A DNA stretch of 64,000 nt. Origin: Candidatus Zhuqueibacterota bacterium (GTDB lineage: Bacteria; Zhuqueibacterota; Zhuqueibacteria; Thermofontimicrobiales; Thermofontimicrobiaceae). A program made the position numbers and the translations under genes. The number at the start of each line of letters is the position of its first letter. Position 1 is the stretch's first letter. This document shows, piece after piece, positions 10,601 to 19,075 of the stretch. The stretch covers positions 256,001 through 320,000 of the forward strand of contig JBMOPW010000034.1 in assembly GCA_049322915.1 (NCBI GenBank), in the 5' to 3' direction. The notes below the pieces were generated by a model. It saw nothing but the letters and a program-made list of their open reading frames with translations, did not search any database and had not been told where the DNA came from.

Positions 10601-11192
10601 GAAGCTGCCCCATTTTTCAGATTCCCAGCGGCTGAGCCAACAGTACGAGATTGCCGGCGATGTCTATGAACTAACGCCAGGGACGATTGCTTTCAGCAAG
10701 CCGCTGACTCTCACCTTCCCGCTGCCTGGTAAGGGCGATTCATTCAGTCTCGGCAGATGGAATCGCAGCGACCTGTCCTGGGAAATAGTGCCCCAGGCTA
10801 CCCGGCAGGGCGAGACCATTACCGTTGCGACCAATCAGTTGGGACGTTTTGCTGTGCTCAGCGAATCCCGACCGTTGGCCATCGATAATATCCGGCTGCA
10901 ACCGAATCCGTTTTCTCCGCTGGTGAGTCCACTGACCATCGCGTTCGACCTGACATCGATGGAAACGGCGCATCCGTCCGTCACCATCTCAGTTTACAAC
11001 ATGAACGGAGACCTGGTACGGGACATTTTGACCAACGAAGCCATTGCAAAAGGCGCGGGTAAAATTATCACCTGGGATGGTAAAACCAATTCCGGCGACA
11101 TGGCCCTCAATGGACGCTATCTCCTTCATTTCAAGGCAAAGGATAGCTCCGGCAACCAGGAGGCTCTGAAGGCAGTGGTGCTCATCAAATAG
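4626..11192 (+). CDS. Giant secreted protein (2188 aa): calcineurin-like metallophosphoesterase + Ig-like domains + many carboxypeptidase-regulatory-like repeats + FlgD/T9SS-type C-terminal domain
   Basis: Signal peptide; DAH, GDLVD, GNHD, FYH, GHTH metal motifs; repeated (I/L)xGxV..P..A.V...T...G.F.L....G.Y...A.K.GY units; PNPFSP...VYNMNGDLVR...WDGK...NGRY...VVLIK tail; GGGGAAGAGG SD. Confidence 0.85.
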   Translation: MKTIRIFLYIMVLAQTLLASEKISAIHNPLMTQPVITLPGGTFVVHCTADASATDWEVIISTRYFSRTLPVTASYDNGSAVWALTVSIPANTPFELYHVRVRASGGIDDTSPNSLRIISEYKQSYYFIHVPDAHLPSCSWVGYYDDENTVPEFERIIGECNLINPEFILQTGDLVDNGQVETGFDIAGQSLLKSTIPFFITGGNHDLWYDGHANWHSYFGSSMNFSFNYGEHFFCGMEMYDIPSVTFTAAQMDWLQDNLAASRLRSDKLRVLFYHYDESHQIDDEFVDENEIDLILYGHTHINGVSYLGSRNALNINTSYTMNDNGAYRLIKIHGDEVTEYPLLRYKQLSVRYSPTNDGTNWIINALITNDSPIQFENGLVKFIVPEDAAGYSVTGGAVQQVVPIAENKLLYYVEVNIQANAVHSVTLQSQSPPANHPPRITSFTPQLEITVTGGVSLTLSLAATDPDGDALAYTWLRNDQQLDMANASNYIFQNEDTYEGVDSIRAVVYDGSYRDQVQWVITTDKFSGEPQIVSDIGNFFAFNAPATIRWIEPTPISARLEFGTAPGDYSKGAIPETNVSEVTFVPQDYAMALGRYFCRVTDGAYSSREFFIIVESPIAPQMLSPLGNVQSLSPVFTWEKVPGVPYYWIMVSDQEVIVGKNSETGELMVEGANPIWAVLSSENEIPYGIPDPSHNFTSSPPPLIAGANYWWVVLNAYGNAPEFTSPVIAGVSEFKLDIAPPTLAAPALLSPANNATLNGDIVTFEWASVPGAVNFHVYPFKIEQESDMETSVPMWESIIATSNTYFDFPAYQRFVNGNYRWKIGAVDANGLEVHSETRDFIYDAPHAIVSIHTLDDAGTPDKTSDDYLLPRTKVEFTSIDGIFTGVPLSTDFHGNRENVNIAPGTYIFTASKDLYETILDTVTCDVDQSYSLYFRLNPSPCSLTGRVVDDNTLPVQNANVEAVHSLHTEIVKQTTSAANGHFSLSLSGGPWQISSQKEGYRLSGAATISLTAGQCSTLPQNLVLIKNTNIATGTVVNSENQPVFGATVAVKKDEQELSTLTDANGTFAFSLESGAWRLTVSKEGFVSPAATAFSVSGGIRYDVKPNPILTPNAAILSGYVSDGTATIDSVLVKAIPTTGSVITTWSDNFGYFALNVPPGTYSFLPQKDGYYVQSEKQITLAAGETVSGFDLILNKINAVISGKTTLNGTTPLEGVKISVGQLQTHSSSSGTFSLELTQGNYTIAANKDGFFSSQEQAVSVLSDQRLDQINFVLTPNASVIKGRVTADAGPIYAARVTASRYNAVSVFTDENGYFTLNLEAGVWDLIVEKENFLDAGNDSILIGAGQTLTGLNFSMLKNETLLQGVITAGPDNAPLRGAVITIQETGGETETKNDGRFSVALEPGHYTITARKDGYSPMAQHTGDMQAGQSYQYDFNLTPADCRISGNIIDETGAGLPDALIFLPGQANIQCLSNSRGEFSLQVIAGDYTFEARKSGYIPTSGPVALNLGPGENRSDVNFALQSHFAGLMGIVTDSLTGSPLLNALVTATGPENSIGSTYSLISGAFSFTDQNQRVFLPEGVYSLTVSKPGYASKFIPAVQLQGRATVTQDISLVSFSNSISGKVTSEAADISGATINAIHSQSSAQFSVLSSDDGEFSINSLPAGEYYLNAFKNGYTSLPDTLIRAGAANVPLELLPNLGRIAGHVLDEQTSQPLAGVAFYAYDNSGHFGTTSSGSTGNFVLENLATLHPYSLSVSKYGYETIVLELISADSSPELHLSLQKISGALSGMVRKTDGAPLSGVRMKIVMADNTARSDTTSAQGNYTFDGLPVGSYFIYAEKVGFSSAPQYLTATISRWGEIPNLDFVMDEAIAATISIRGSLTITNNTTSKYAIDALTADGRTAVIAPAWSFSPTDALDSLSLTGVVDPVNSYIGPVTISAIDTYSNARGGLDISVVSAIGRNSPAVTLHCAENVQISVPANCIDYDVQIGMKLPHFSDSQRLSQQYEIAGDVYELTPGTIAFSKPLTLTFPLPGKGDSFSLGRWNRSDLSWEIVPQATRQGETITVATNQLGRFAVLSESRPLAIDNIRLQPNPFSPLVSPLTIAFDLTSMETAHPSVTISVYNMNGDLVRDILTNEAIAKGAGKIITWDGKTNSGDMALNGRYLLHFKAKDSSGNQEALKAVVLIK

Positions 11193-11245
11193 CTCTCCCG
11201 GTTACACTCACATTCAGTAACGTCCCCATCAGATACGCTTCAACA

Positions 11246-11289
11246 CGCGCGTTCCATGAATCTGGATTCAGGCCAGCATGGAATGCGCG
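11246..11289 (+). terminator. Long stem-loop after the giant gene (terminator or mRNA stabiliser)
   Basis: CGCGCGTTCCATG ... CATGGAATGCGCG 13-bp stem (one G-U) with inner CTGG/CCAG; weak U-tract. Confidence 0.4.
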
Positions 11290-11451
11290 CTCTTCATATT
11301 CCCTGTTTAATAAATTTTCACAGATGTTATCCATTTATAATTTTTTCGAAAATGCCGATTCAATGAATGTCAGCCTGACATGCGCGAAATGGACGGATCC
11401 GATTGAGAGTCTGCGTCTGCTTTTTAACAGTAAACTGGAGACGATGCTTCG

Positions 11452-12378
11452 ATGTTGAAACCTACTATTATCTTGATGTGCATTTTGTTGATTGCGCCCC
11501 TGAATGCGATCGCCGACATTCCAGCCGCATTTGTCGATATTGGCTACGGCGCCCGTCCCATGGGGATGGCCGGCGCATTTGTGGCGCTGGCCAATGACGC
11601 CAATTCTGTGCTCTGGAATCCGGCAGGCTTATCCCGCCTGAACAGCACCAACGCCACATTCATGTGGGCGAAACAATTCAATTTAATCCCCTACTATTTC
11701 TTCTCCTGCGGCCGGCCGATGACAAAGCGCATCGCGCTGGGCGGAGGATTCATTTCATCAGGGAATGACGCGCTGCGCGAGACCACCGGGTATGTCTCGT
11801 TCGCCTACAGATGGTCAAATTCATCCGGTTCCCTTCGGGAAAAAATGCGGTTTGGGCTGAATATCAAATTCAGACACTCCGTATTCGGGAAGAATGCCGA
11901 TGGCGGTGAAAACCAGATCAAAGGCGACGCATTCGGAATGGGACTGGATCTGGGTTGGCAATGGACCGTTACGCCGAAATTCGTCGCCGGCGCTCTGCTA
12001 CGCGATGTCATCAGCCCAGTCAATTATCAAAATACAACGCTTGGAACAAATTATCCGGAATCGGTTCCCCCGGCGCTCATCGTTGGCGGAGCAGTTTCCG
12101 CTTACAAAAATCTGCTGTTTTCGCTGGACTGGGAGAAGACACTCTCCAGCGATAACGTGGACAGGCTGCGCGCCGGATTGGAATATTCGCTGCTCAACAT
12201 TTTTGTGCTGCGCGCCGGCGTCAACCAGCCGGTCAGCGCCGATATCAATCGCAAATACGCCGTTGGCCTGGGATTGCTCTACTCGAAAAAAGGCCGATTG
12301 AATCTCTGTTTTGATTTTGCCTATGAATTCTTTTTCCTTGCTAATACACCGAAAATTTCGACAACCATCTGGTTTTGA
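11452..12378 (+). CDS. PorV/PorQ-like outer-membrane beta-barrel
   Basis: Signal peptide; GARPMGMAGAFVALANDANSVLWNPAGL motif; amphipathic strands; C-terminal F. Confidence 0.85.
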   Translation: MLKPTIILMCILLIAPLNAIADIPAAFVDIGYGARPMGMAGAFVALANDANSVLWNPAGLSRLNSTNATFMWAKQFNLIPYYFFSCGRPMTKRIALGGGFISSGNDALRETTGYVSFAYRWSNSSGSLREKMRFGLNIKFRHSVFGKNADGGENQIKGDAFGMGLDLGWQWTVTPKFVAGALLRDVISPVNYQNTTLGTNYPESVPPALIVGGAVSAYKNLLFSLDWEKTLSSDNVDRLRAGLEYSLLNIFVLRAGVNQPVSADINRKYAVGLGLLYSKKGRLNLCFDFAYEFFFLANTPKISTTIWF

Positions 12379-12403
12379 TTTGACCACTTAACTTTTTAAA
12401 ACT

Positions 12404-13879
12404 ATGAAACAACACTTATCGCTTTTCCTCGTTGTTGCCTTATGGCACAGTCTGGCGCTGGCGCAGATTGAAAAAGAAAATAGCCTGCGCTGGTTTCAGG
12501 GCGGAACCGTGACCGCCGATTTCTCCTTTCGCACGGATATGTTCAGTGGAATCGGCAGCAAGGCCTACATGGGCTGTGCTTCCATGAATAGCGACGCCAG
12601 CGCGATTTACTGGAACCCGGCGACTCTGGCCTTCAGAACGAATCGGCAGGTATTGGTCTCGTTCATGCCGCCGCTCAGCCTCTCCATTGCCAACTGGTAC
12701 GATATTGCCGGTCAGGTTCGGACATCTGTGGATAACGCCATTGCGGATTATCGGCTCAGCGAAACAGGAATTACTTATCCCACTGTCACTCCGGTGGTGC
12801 GCCATCGGGGTGGAATAAACACCGCTGTGATTGTGATGCCGCTGTCCCGCTGGCTCGCGCGGACTGTACTGGGACTGGGCTATAGCCGCGCGCTGGAATT
12901 ACAGATGAATCTCGTCGCCAATGGCATATCCTCCCTGCTGGAGACCCGGAAGAATATCGGCACGCAAACGATGGTCGTGAAATTCAGGAATTCCATCGAC
13001 GCAAATGTGGAATCGCGCGCTGCGATCAATCGTTTCAGCGTTGCAGCAGCTCATCAATGGACGCCAATCCTGGCGACAGGAATTACTCTCGACCGCTATT
13101 TTGGAGAGGTCCTGTTCAACGGCGATTTCAGAATCGATGGCATCATGGAAACCGCCGGGAGCGAATTCGCCTTCAACGATCCCTATGATCCGCACATCAA
13201 TTTCGAAGAGGGCGAGCAGAATAATTTAAATCAGTCGATCTATTGCTCTTTTAAGGGTAACGCCTGGGGCGTGAAACTTGGCGCGGATTACCATCTTCGC
13301 CCGAATCTGTCCTTTGCCGCGATGGTGGAAATTGCGCCGACGCTCACCCTGTCCGGAGTGATGGATGTCGACAATAACATCATTCCGGCGCTGAACAGCG
13401 ATGTCCTTTTGGGGAACAGCGAGGAAGAAATCATGGATCCCTCCAAACTGGATCTGGCAAAACTGACTCTGACCGTTCCCTACGAGAATCCGACCGATGA
13501 CAGGCTGATTTTGCGCTTCCCCTCTTCAGCGAATTTTGGTGTGACTTACCGCTGGGCGTGCATCACCGGCTCGCTCCAGGTGACAGGTTACTTCGGTGAA
13601 TTATCTTATGCGACTTTAGGAACGCGTCGCGGCGCTGATTTTAAATGGAGCCTGAGAAATGGACTGGATTTCAAATATGTCCAGATCGGACTGGGCGTTG
13701 TTGCGGTGGATGAAATCCGCGAAGGGACAGATGATGACGCCGGGGCAGTCGAGAATATCCTGATCCCGCAGTGTTCTTTGGGCACCGGATTTTCGTTAGG
13801 CCGTTTTGCGCGAACCGAGACCCAGGCGTTCATCGCACCGACGCCGGTCTTCAAGCAAGTGCTGTTGTTCAATTTTTAA
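12404..13879 (+). CDS. Outer-membrane beta-barrel, FadL/PorV-like with large insertions
   Basis: Signal peptide ending ALA; SDASAIYWNPATLA; alternating hydrophobic strands; ends LFNF. Confidence 0.6.
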   Translation: MKQHLSLFLVVALWHSLALAQIEKENSLRWFQGGTVTADFSFRTDMFSGIGSKAYMGCASMNSDASAIYWNPATLAFRTNRQVLVSFMPPLSLSIANWYDIAGQVRTSVDNAIADYRLSETGITYPTVTPVVRHRGGINTAVIVMPLSRWLARTVLGLGYSRALELQMNLVANGISSLLETRKNIGTQTMVVKFRNSIDANVESRAAINRFSVAAAHQWTPILATGITLDRYFGEVLFNGDFRIDGIMETAGSEFAFNDPYDPHINFEEGEQNNLNQSIYCSFKGNAWGVKLGADYHLRPNLSFAAMVEIAPTLTLSGVMDVDNNIIPALNSDVLLGNSEEEIMDPSKLDLAKLTLTVPYENPTDDRLILRFPSSANFGVTYRWACITGSLQVTGYFGELSYATLGTRRGADFKWSLRNGLDFKYVQIGLGVVAVDEIREGTDDDAGAVENILIPQCSLGTGFSLGRFARTETQAFIAPTPVFKQVLLFNF

Positions 13880-14225
13880 AATCTGTCGTAACTTCGTGGC
13901 TTGGTGATATCACGGCAAGAATACATGCCTGAATAGCAACAAAAATTCTTATTAACCCGGAACCGGGAACGTATAAACCTGGAACCTGAGCAGTTAAAAT
14001 CTGCATCAGATTTTTAATGCGACGTCGACAGCAAGTCAGACTGAGTCTGGAATCCGACTGACTGCCGAACGTAGGCCGCGAATTAGCCTGCGAATGTCCC
14101 AGGCGGAGAGCGCTGGCAATTTCCTTTCACACAGGTCTTCGCCGGTAAATATTTCTATGACACATCTGCTTAATCGTAATAAAATTCCCCGGGCGCACTG
14201 CTCCTGAATTTTTCATTTTACACTC

Positions 14226-14253
14226 TTGCATTTTTCAAATATTTTTTTATATT
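14226..14253 (+). promoter_or_regulatory. Putative sigma70 promoter for purE
   Basis: TTGCAT-16nt-TATATT, about 30 nt upstream of ATG 14283. Confidence 0.5.
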
Positions 14254-14282
14254 ATGGGATTAGAAAACTGAAAGGATCGCGG

Positions 14283-14768
14283 ATGAACATTAGCCAGGCA
14301 ATTCCAAAAGTTGCCGTTGTCATGGGCAGCGCCTCTGACAAACCAATAATGGATGAATGTACTCTCCATCTCAACTACTTTCGACTCGTAAGTGAAGAAT
14401 TCATTTTATCGGCGCATCGTACCCCGGATCAAACCGCTGAATTTGCAAAAACAGCTCGCGACCGGGGTTTTTGTGTTATTATCGCAGGAGCTGGTATGGC
14501 AGCGCATCTGCCGGGCGTGATTGCCGCCTACACCACGCTTCCGGTCATCGGTGTTCCCCTTTCTGGGTCTGCGCTCAATGGCATGGATGCGCTGCATTCC
14601 ATCGTACAAATGCCGGCAGGCGTGCCGGTCGCTACCGTCGCCATTGGAAGAGCCGGCGCCGTAAACGCGGCCGTCCTGGCGGCAGAGATCATTGGCCTCT
14701 TCAGCGAAAACGTCCGAAGCAAATTGGATGAATTCAAAAAATTGGGCTGCAAAATTCCCAAGCAATAG
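14283..14768 (+). CDS. purE: N5-CAIR mutase
   Basis: [48 protein letters not shown] supports ATG 14283. Confidence 0.96.
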   Translation: MNISQAIPKVAVVMGSASDKPIMDECTLHLNYFRLVSEEFILSAHRTPDQTAEFAKTARDRGFCVIIAGAGMAAHLPGVIAAYTTLPVIGVPLSGSALNGMDALHSIVQMPAGVPVATVAIGRAGAVNAAVLAAEIIGLFSENVRSKLDEFKKLGCKIPKQ

Positions 14769-14915
14769 CTACGGCCGGAAATAGAGACAATGCGCGCGAC
14801 TGCGGCGCTGTTATTTTTTCGATCACTGCGAGATAGCCTGCACCGTGTCCATGATTCAGCGGCGATAGGAATCGTTCAATGTCCGTTTCTGCGCAGCACC
14901 GAAAGGAGCCTGAAC

Positions 14916-16217
14916 ATGCGTCATTTTTTCAAGTTTGATGAATTTGGCACAAACTACCGAACGGAAATTCTGGCTGGCATCACGACCTTTGTCACCATGT
15001 CTTATATCATCATCGTGAACCCGGCCATTCTGGCCATCGCCGGAATTCCCAAAGGCCCGTCCATGGTGGCCACAATTTTAACCGCCTTTTTCGGGACTCT
15101 GTTCATCGGGCTCTATTCCAACCGGCCATTTGCCATCGCTCCCTACATGGGAGAAAACGCGTTCATCGCCTACACCGTTGTCAATGTGCTGGGCTATTCG
15201 TGGCAAACCGCCATCGGCGCGATTTTCATCGGCGGCGTTTTATTCACCATCATCACGCTGGCGCGAATCCGTTCCTGGCTGGTTGAAGCCATTCCAGAAA
15301 GTCTAAAATACAGCTTCGCGGTGGGCATTGGGCTTTTTTTGACATTCATCGGGCTGAATGAGACGGGCATTATCCGCGTCGGTGTCGCTGATGCGCCAGT
15401 GAAGATTGGCATGCTCTCCGAGCCGACCGTGTTGTTAGCGCTGTTCGGATTCATTTTGATCGGATTGTTATTGCTGAAACGGGTGCCCGGGGCCATCCTG
15501 ATCGGTATACTCGCTGTGAGCCTGATTTCGTATCTGTTAAAAATCGCATCACCGCCTGAAAAAATTATGAGCCTCCCGCCCAGTCTGGCGCCCACTTTTC
15601 TGAAGCTGGATATCGCCGGCGCGCTCACCTGGGGATTTTTCTCAGTCATCCTGACGGTGTTCGTCATGGATTTTGTCGATACTATGGGCACGCTCATCGG
15701 GGTGTCAGCCCGAGCCGGTCTGCTGGATAAAAATGGCAATCTGCCGAATATTGAAAAACCCATGCTGGCCGATGCTTTATCCACCGTCCTGGGCGCATTA
15801 CTGGGCACTACGACGAGCGGCGTGTACATCGAATCCGCAGCCGGGATTGAAGAAGGCGGTCGCACCGGTTTCACCTCGGTGGTGACGGCGATTCTGTTTT
15901 TACTGGCATTGTTCTTTGCTCCATTTTTAACGGCAATTCAACCGTTTGCCTACGGGCCTGCCCTGTTCATCGTCGGCATTTTCATGCTGGAGCCGATAAA
16001 AAAAATCGACTTCACAAATTACAGCGAACTCATCCCGGCGTTCTGCACCATCGTTCTGATGAGCTTCACGTTCAACATCGGCATTGGCATGACAGCAGGA
16101 TTTGTGCTCTATCCCCTGTTCAAGATTTTCAACGGCCAGTGGCGACGCGTGCATCCCGGCCTGTGGATATTGGCAATACTTTCGCTGTTATTTTATATCT
16201 TTTATCCCTATCAATAA
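14916..16217 (+). CDS. NCS2-family (AzgA/PbuG-type) purine permease
   Basis: TEILAGITTF, APYMGENAF, DFVDTMGT, YIESAAGIEEGGRTG; many TM segments; AAAGGAG SD. Confidence 0.92.
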   Translation: MRHFFKFDEFGTNYRTEILAGITTFVTMSYIIIVNPAILAIAGIPKGPSMVATILTAFFGTLFIGLYSNRPFAIAPYMGENAFIAYTVVNVLGYSWQTAIGAIFIGGVLFTIITLARIRSWLVEAIPESLKYSFAVGIGLFLTFIGLNETGIIRVGVADAPVKIGMLSEPTVLLALFGFILIGLLLLKRVPGAILIGILAVSLISYLLKIASPPEKIMSLPPSLAPTFLKLDIAGALTWGFFSVILTVFVMDFVDTMGTLIGVSARAGLLDKNGNLPNIEKPMLADALSTVLGALLGTTTSGVYIESAAGIEEGGRTGFTSVVTAILFLLALFFAPFLTAIQPFAYGPALFIVGIFMLEPIKKIDFTNYSELIPAFCTIVLMSFTFNIGIGMTAGFVLYPLFKIFNGQWRRVHPGLWILAILSLLFYIFYPYQ

Positions 16218-16343
16218 TCCTGATTACTTCGTTTCAGGAGATAGCGGACATCACATGAATGCTGTGAGCCACATGATCATGTCCGGATAGAAAAAACTGA
16301 TCGGGTGTGCAATCGTCGATACCTGTCATTTCCGGGGAACTGA

Positions 16344-17267
16344 ATGAAAATCGGAGTCATTGGTACTTTCATTAACGACCAAATTATTCATACGGACAAA
16401 ACTGAGACGCGAAGCTTCGGCGGCATCTACTACGCCCTGACCATTCTGACCAATCTGTTCTCCGGTGAGGATGAAATCTTCCCGGTTTGCTGGCTCGGTG
16501 ATGATATTTTCGATGACATCCGGACTATTTTTTCTGCCAATGGCAATTTTAATTTCGTGGGAACCCGCCGATACATGGGAAAGAACTCAGCCGTGAAACT
16601 CATTTACCACGATGCTGAATCCCGCGATGAAATTTTGACCAACGTTCTGCCGCATGTCGATCTGGCGCATACCCGCTCTGTTGAAGCGGTGGACGTCTGG
16701 CTGGTCAATTTTATCACCGGCTTTGAAATGCGCCTCGACGATTTTCGCCAGTTCTGCGCCCGGAAATCCAGTCCCATTTTCATGGACTTTCACAGCCTTT
16801 CGCTGGAACGGGATGAGACCGGGCTGCGCATTTTGCGCAAACCGCCGGAGTGGCGGAAATGGATCGCTGATATCGATGTCCTTCAGATGAACGAAAAAGA
16901 GGCGTCTGTTCTGAACGATGGCGCCACCCTGTCCGACGAGAGATTGATTCGCTTCGGCGCTGATGTACTTGAAACAACACATATTCATATTTTTAATATC
17001 ACGCTTGGCTCCCGGGGTTCTGTGCTGGTTTACAAGCAAGACTCGACGATACACCATCATGTTTTTCCGGCGGCGAATCTCGGGAATGCGATCGATGCCA
17101 CAGGATGTGGAGATGCGTTCATGGCTGGTTTTTTATATCGCTATTTCCAAAACCAGGATCCGGTCAACGCAGCGAAATTCGCAAATTCCATTGCAGGATT
17201 GAATAGCACCGTGTCAGGCCCCATTGGATCAGACCACATCAAACGATTACTTCAAACAGGAATTTAG
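16344..17267 (+). CDS. PfkB/ribokinase-family kinase
   Basis: SFGG, QMNEKEA, ITLGSRG, DATGCGDAF anion-hole motif. Confidence 0.88.
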   Translation: MKIGVIGTFINDQIIHTDKTETRSFGGIYYALTILTNLFSGEDEIFPVCWLGDDIFDDIRTIFSANGNFNFVGTRRYMGKNSAVKLIYHDAESRDEILTNVLPHVDLAHTRSVEAVDVWLVNFITGFEMRLDDFRQFCARKSSPIFMDFHSLSLERDETGLRILRKPPEWRKWIADIDVLQMNEKEASVLNDGATLSDERLIRFGADVLETTHIHIFNITLGSRGSVLVYKQDSTIHHHVFPAANLGNAIDATGCGDAFMAGFLYRYFQNQDPVNAAKFANSIAGLNSTVSGPIGSDHIKRLLQTGI

Positions 17268-17284
17268 CCACTCAAGGAAACGTT

Positions 17285-18196
17285 ATGGAAAAACTATTAA
17301 TCACCGGCGTAAACGGGTTGTTGGGACAGAAATTATTAATGCAAGCGGCATCCAAATATTCCATTGTCGGGATTGATCTGCACGATCAGCCCTTCAACAA
17401 GAAAATTCATTTCGACTATCTCAAACTCGATCTGACCGACCGAAAAGCTGTCAAAGATGCCATATTGAGCATCTATCCCCATTACCTGGTCAACACGGCA
17501 GCCATGACCAATGTGGATGCCTGCGAGAACGAGAAGGAGAAATGCTGGAAAATCAATGTCGAAGCCGTGAACAATATCGTGTATGCGGCGCGGAAAATAG
17601 GAACGAAAATCGTGCATCTGTCGACTGATTATATCTTCGACGGGAAAAAAGGCCCGTACGACGAAACAGCCACGCCTTCACCGCTCGGTTATTACGGCAA
17701 ATCAAAGCTGGCCAGCGAAAATGTATTGGCCGCATCCGAACTGGATTATGCCATTGTGCGAACGATGGTCTTGTACGGCGACGCAGAAGCCATTCGTCCC
17801 AATTTTGTCACATGGCTTGTGGCGACATTGAAACAGGGAAAATCCGTCACCATTGTGAACGATCAGTTTGGCAATCCCACCCTGGCCGATGATCTTGCCG
17901 CCGCCATTATCCGCATTATTCAGTTGCAGAAATGGGATCTGTATCATGTCTGCGGCAGTGAACTCATCGATCGTTATCAGTTCGCTCTGAAAATTGCTGA
18001 CATCTACAAATTGAACAAAAGCCTCATTCATCAGACCACCACGCCGGAACTGAATCAGGCGGCGCTGCGTCCGTTGAAGTCGGGGTTCATCGTGGACAAG
18101 GCCCAAAACGATCTGCAAATTCATTTATCCAATGTGGAAGACGGGCTGCGCAAGATGCGCAAGCAGTCGAAGAAACTCATCTTTTTCAAATCATGA
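17285..18196 (+). CDS. rfbD: dTDP-4-dehydrorhamnose reductase
   Basis: GVNGLLG, AAMTNVDACE, STDYIFDG, YGKSK, DQFGNPT. Confidence 0.9.
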   Translation: MEKLLITGVNGLLGQKLLMQAASKYSIVGIDLHDQPFNKKIHFDYLKLDLTDRKAVKDAILSIYPHYLVNTAAMTNVDACENEKEKCWKINVEAVNNIVYAARKIGTKIVHLSTDYIFDGKKGPYDETATPSPLGYYGKSKLASENVLAASELDYAIVRTMVLYGDAEAIRPNFVTWLVATLKQGKSVTIVNDQFGNPTLADDLAAAIIRIIQLQKWDLYHVCGSELIDRYQFALKIADIYKLNKSLIHQTTTPELNQAALRPLKSGFIVDKAQNDLQIHLSNVEDGLRKMRKQSKKLIFFKS

Positions 18197-18241
18197 AGAA
18201 AATTAATCCCCCCTTTCTGAAGATAAAGGATCAATCCAGGT

Positions 18242-18958
18242 ATGAACTCGATTGTTGTTATTCCAACCTACAATGAAGCTGATAATATTGAAAAGCTGAT
18301 CGACAAAATTCTGTTTCAGGGCTTGAGAAATCTGGACATACTGGTCGTGGACGATAACTCCCCGGATGGCACAGCGGGAATCGTCGAAAAGCTCGCAACC
18401 TTAGAGAATAACATCTACTTGCTGAAACGAAGCCACAAAGCCGGCCTGGGCACGGCGTACGTGGCCGGATTCAAATACGCGATCGATAAAAAGTATGACT
18501 ACATCTTCGAAATGGATGCGGACTTCTCCCATGATCCGGACGAAATCCCCCATTTTCTCGAAGCGATCAAGACCTGCGATGTTGTCATTGGCTCCCGGTA
18601 CAAGACCGGTGTGAACGTGATCAACTGGCCGCTGATGCGGCTGGTGCTGAGCGTCGGGGCGAACAAGTACACGCAGATCATCACCGGGCTGCCGGTGAAT
18701 GACTGCACCGGCGGTTACAAATGCTTCCGGCGCGAAGTGCTGGAAGCCATCGACCTCAATAAAGTCGTCTCCGACGGTTATTCCTTCCAGATTGAGGTGA
18801 ATTTCAAGGCATGGAAAAAGGGATTCAAAATTTGTGAGATACCGATCATCTTCACCGACCGCGAAGTGGGGCGTTCGAAAATGTCCAAACGGATCATCCG
18901 CGAAGCCATCTGGATTGTCTGGAAACTGAAATTGGCCAGCATATTCGGTCGTCTCTGA
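18242..18958 (+). CDS. GT2 polyprenol-monophosphomannose synthase (Ppm1/DPM1-like)
   Basis: IPTYNE, VDDNSPDGT, GLGTAY, EMDADFSH, GYSFQIE, SKMS. Confidence 0.92.
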   Translation: MNSIVVIPTYNEADNIEKLIDKILFQGLRNLDILVVDDNSPDGTAGIVEKLATLENNIYLLKRSHKAGLGTAYVAGFKYAIDKKYDYIFEMDADFSHDPDEIPHFLEAIKTCDVVIGSRYKTGVNVINWPLMRLVLSVGANKYTQIITGLPVNDCTGGYKCFRREVLEAIDLNKVVSDGYSFQIEVNFKAWKKGFKICEIPIIFTDREVGRSKMSKRIIREAIWIVWKLKLASIFGRL

Positions 18959-19075
18959 TTTTACGCACCCGCTTTTTCGCCCCGGTCTGTGTGAAAAAAT
19001 CAGCATCAACTTGATCGCGTTGGATCTTCATCCTCCGCAGGCAATGGTTGGAACGCATGTCCCCGAATCGGCGTA

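Noticed and set aside
14000..14220. Possible ZTP or purine riboswitch before purE (and in the purE-permease gap)
   Set aside because: The CGCCTGGG-like piece is on the wrong strand, other core motifs are missing, and the likely promoter lies downstream of it
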